Made by a program: the position numbers and the translations under genes
Notes under the pieces: generated by a model
Seen by the model: the letters and a program-made list of their open reading frames with translations, nothing else
The model's database searches: none
What the model was told of the DNA's origin: nothing
From: Haliotis rubra
Lineage: Eukaryota
DNA length: 64,000 nucleotides
Direction: 5' to 3'
Assembly (NCBI RefSeq): GCF_003918875.1
Contig: NW_025765148.1
Location: forward strand, 62,001 to 126,000
Shown: positions 63,449-64,000 of the stretch, piece by piece
Position numbering within the stretch: position 1 is the first letter of the stretch
How the letters are laid out: the number at the start of each line of letters is the position of its first letter

Positions 63449-64000
63449 GTAAGAACACAATGACTAGAAATTAGAATGACGCGTAGTCAAAGCAGAGACT
63501 GGCTAGTTGAACATTGATGTGACTACGCATCGTGTGGTAACTAGACGAATAAAGGTCGATTTATGTTTCTTATGCTTCATCGTTTTAACTTAAATGCGAA
63601 CGAAGCAATATGTGTCAGATTCCTGTCAACAAATGCACAGCAATGTGTTTGTGCTCCCAGCTAAGAGCTGCGATGCGGTCCTATGCAGTCAAGATGCATG
63701 GTCATGTCCTGACTGTATAGGACTGCATCGGAGCTCTCTTCTACCAGCATCCATGTATCCTTATGGGTTCTTGGTTATTTGCTCTTTCCCCAAATATAAG
63801 CATGATAAGACTGCATGGGATGGTGGTCAAGCTACTGTCATGTACCTGAAATATTGCTAAACGCTTTCTTGAACGATGGGGTAGCCTATGGTTTAAGTGT
63901 TTGTTCGCCATATTGAAAACCCAGGTTCGATTCCCATATGATATAAGTACAATGCAGGAAGTGCATTTCAGGTGTCTTTGCTGTGATGTTGCTTGAATAT

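Overview
Eukaryotic (metazoan) genomic DNA, AT-rich, with GT-AG introns. The SINE and gene repertoire points to a mollusc, probably abalone (Haliotis); this is inference. Five host genes can be reconstructed by hand with consistent splice phases: a WD40-only LRWD1/ORCA-like gene (+, 12 coding exons, about 413 aa), SIRT4 (-, 3 coding exons), NIF3L1 (+, 5 exons, head-to-head with SIRT4), a KCTD7-like BTB gene (-) and the first exon of MED19 (+). The rest is a dense set of mobile DNA: two DIRS1-type tyrosine-recombinase retrotransposons (one with perfect ITR/ICR architecture and an MTase-like domain), a 5.4-kb foldback-like element with mirrored arrays of about 418-bp repeats, Penelope-like fragments carrying hammerhead-ribozyme motifs (including a U3-A8 core variant), a candidate solo LTR containing a tRNA-like Pol III promoter, Helentron-type HINEs, many MITEs, tRNA-derived SINEs and intronic minisatellites. 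No CRISPR array, rRNA or intact tRNA gene was found, and nothing I can establish as a new biological system. The best leads are ranked under findings. All family assignments come from remembered motifs; no database search was run.
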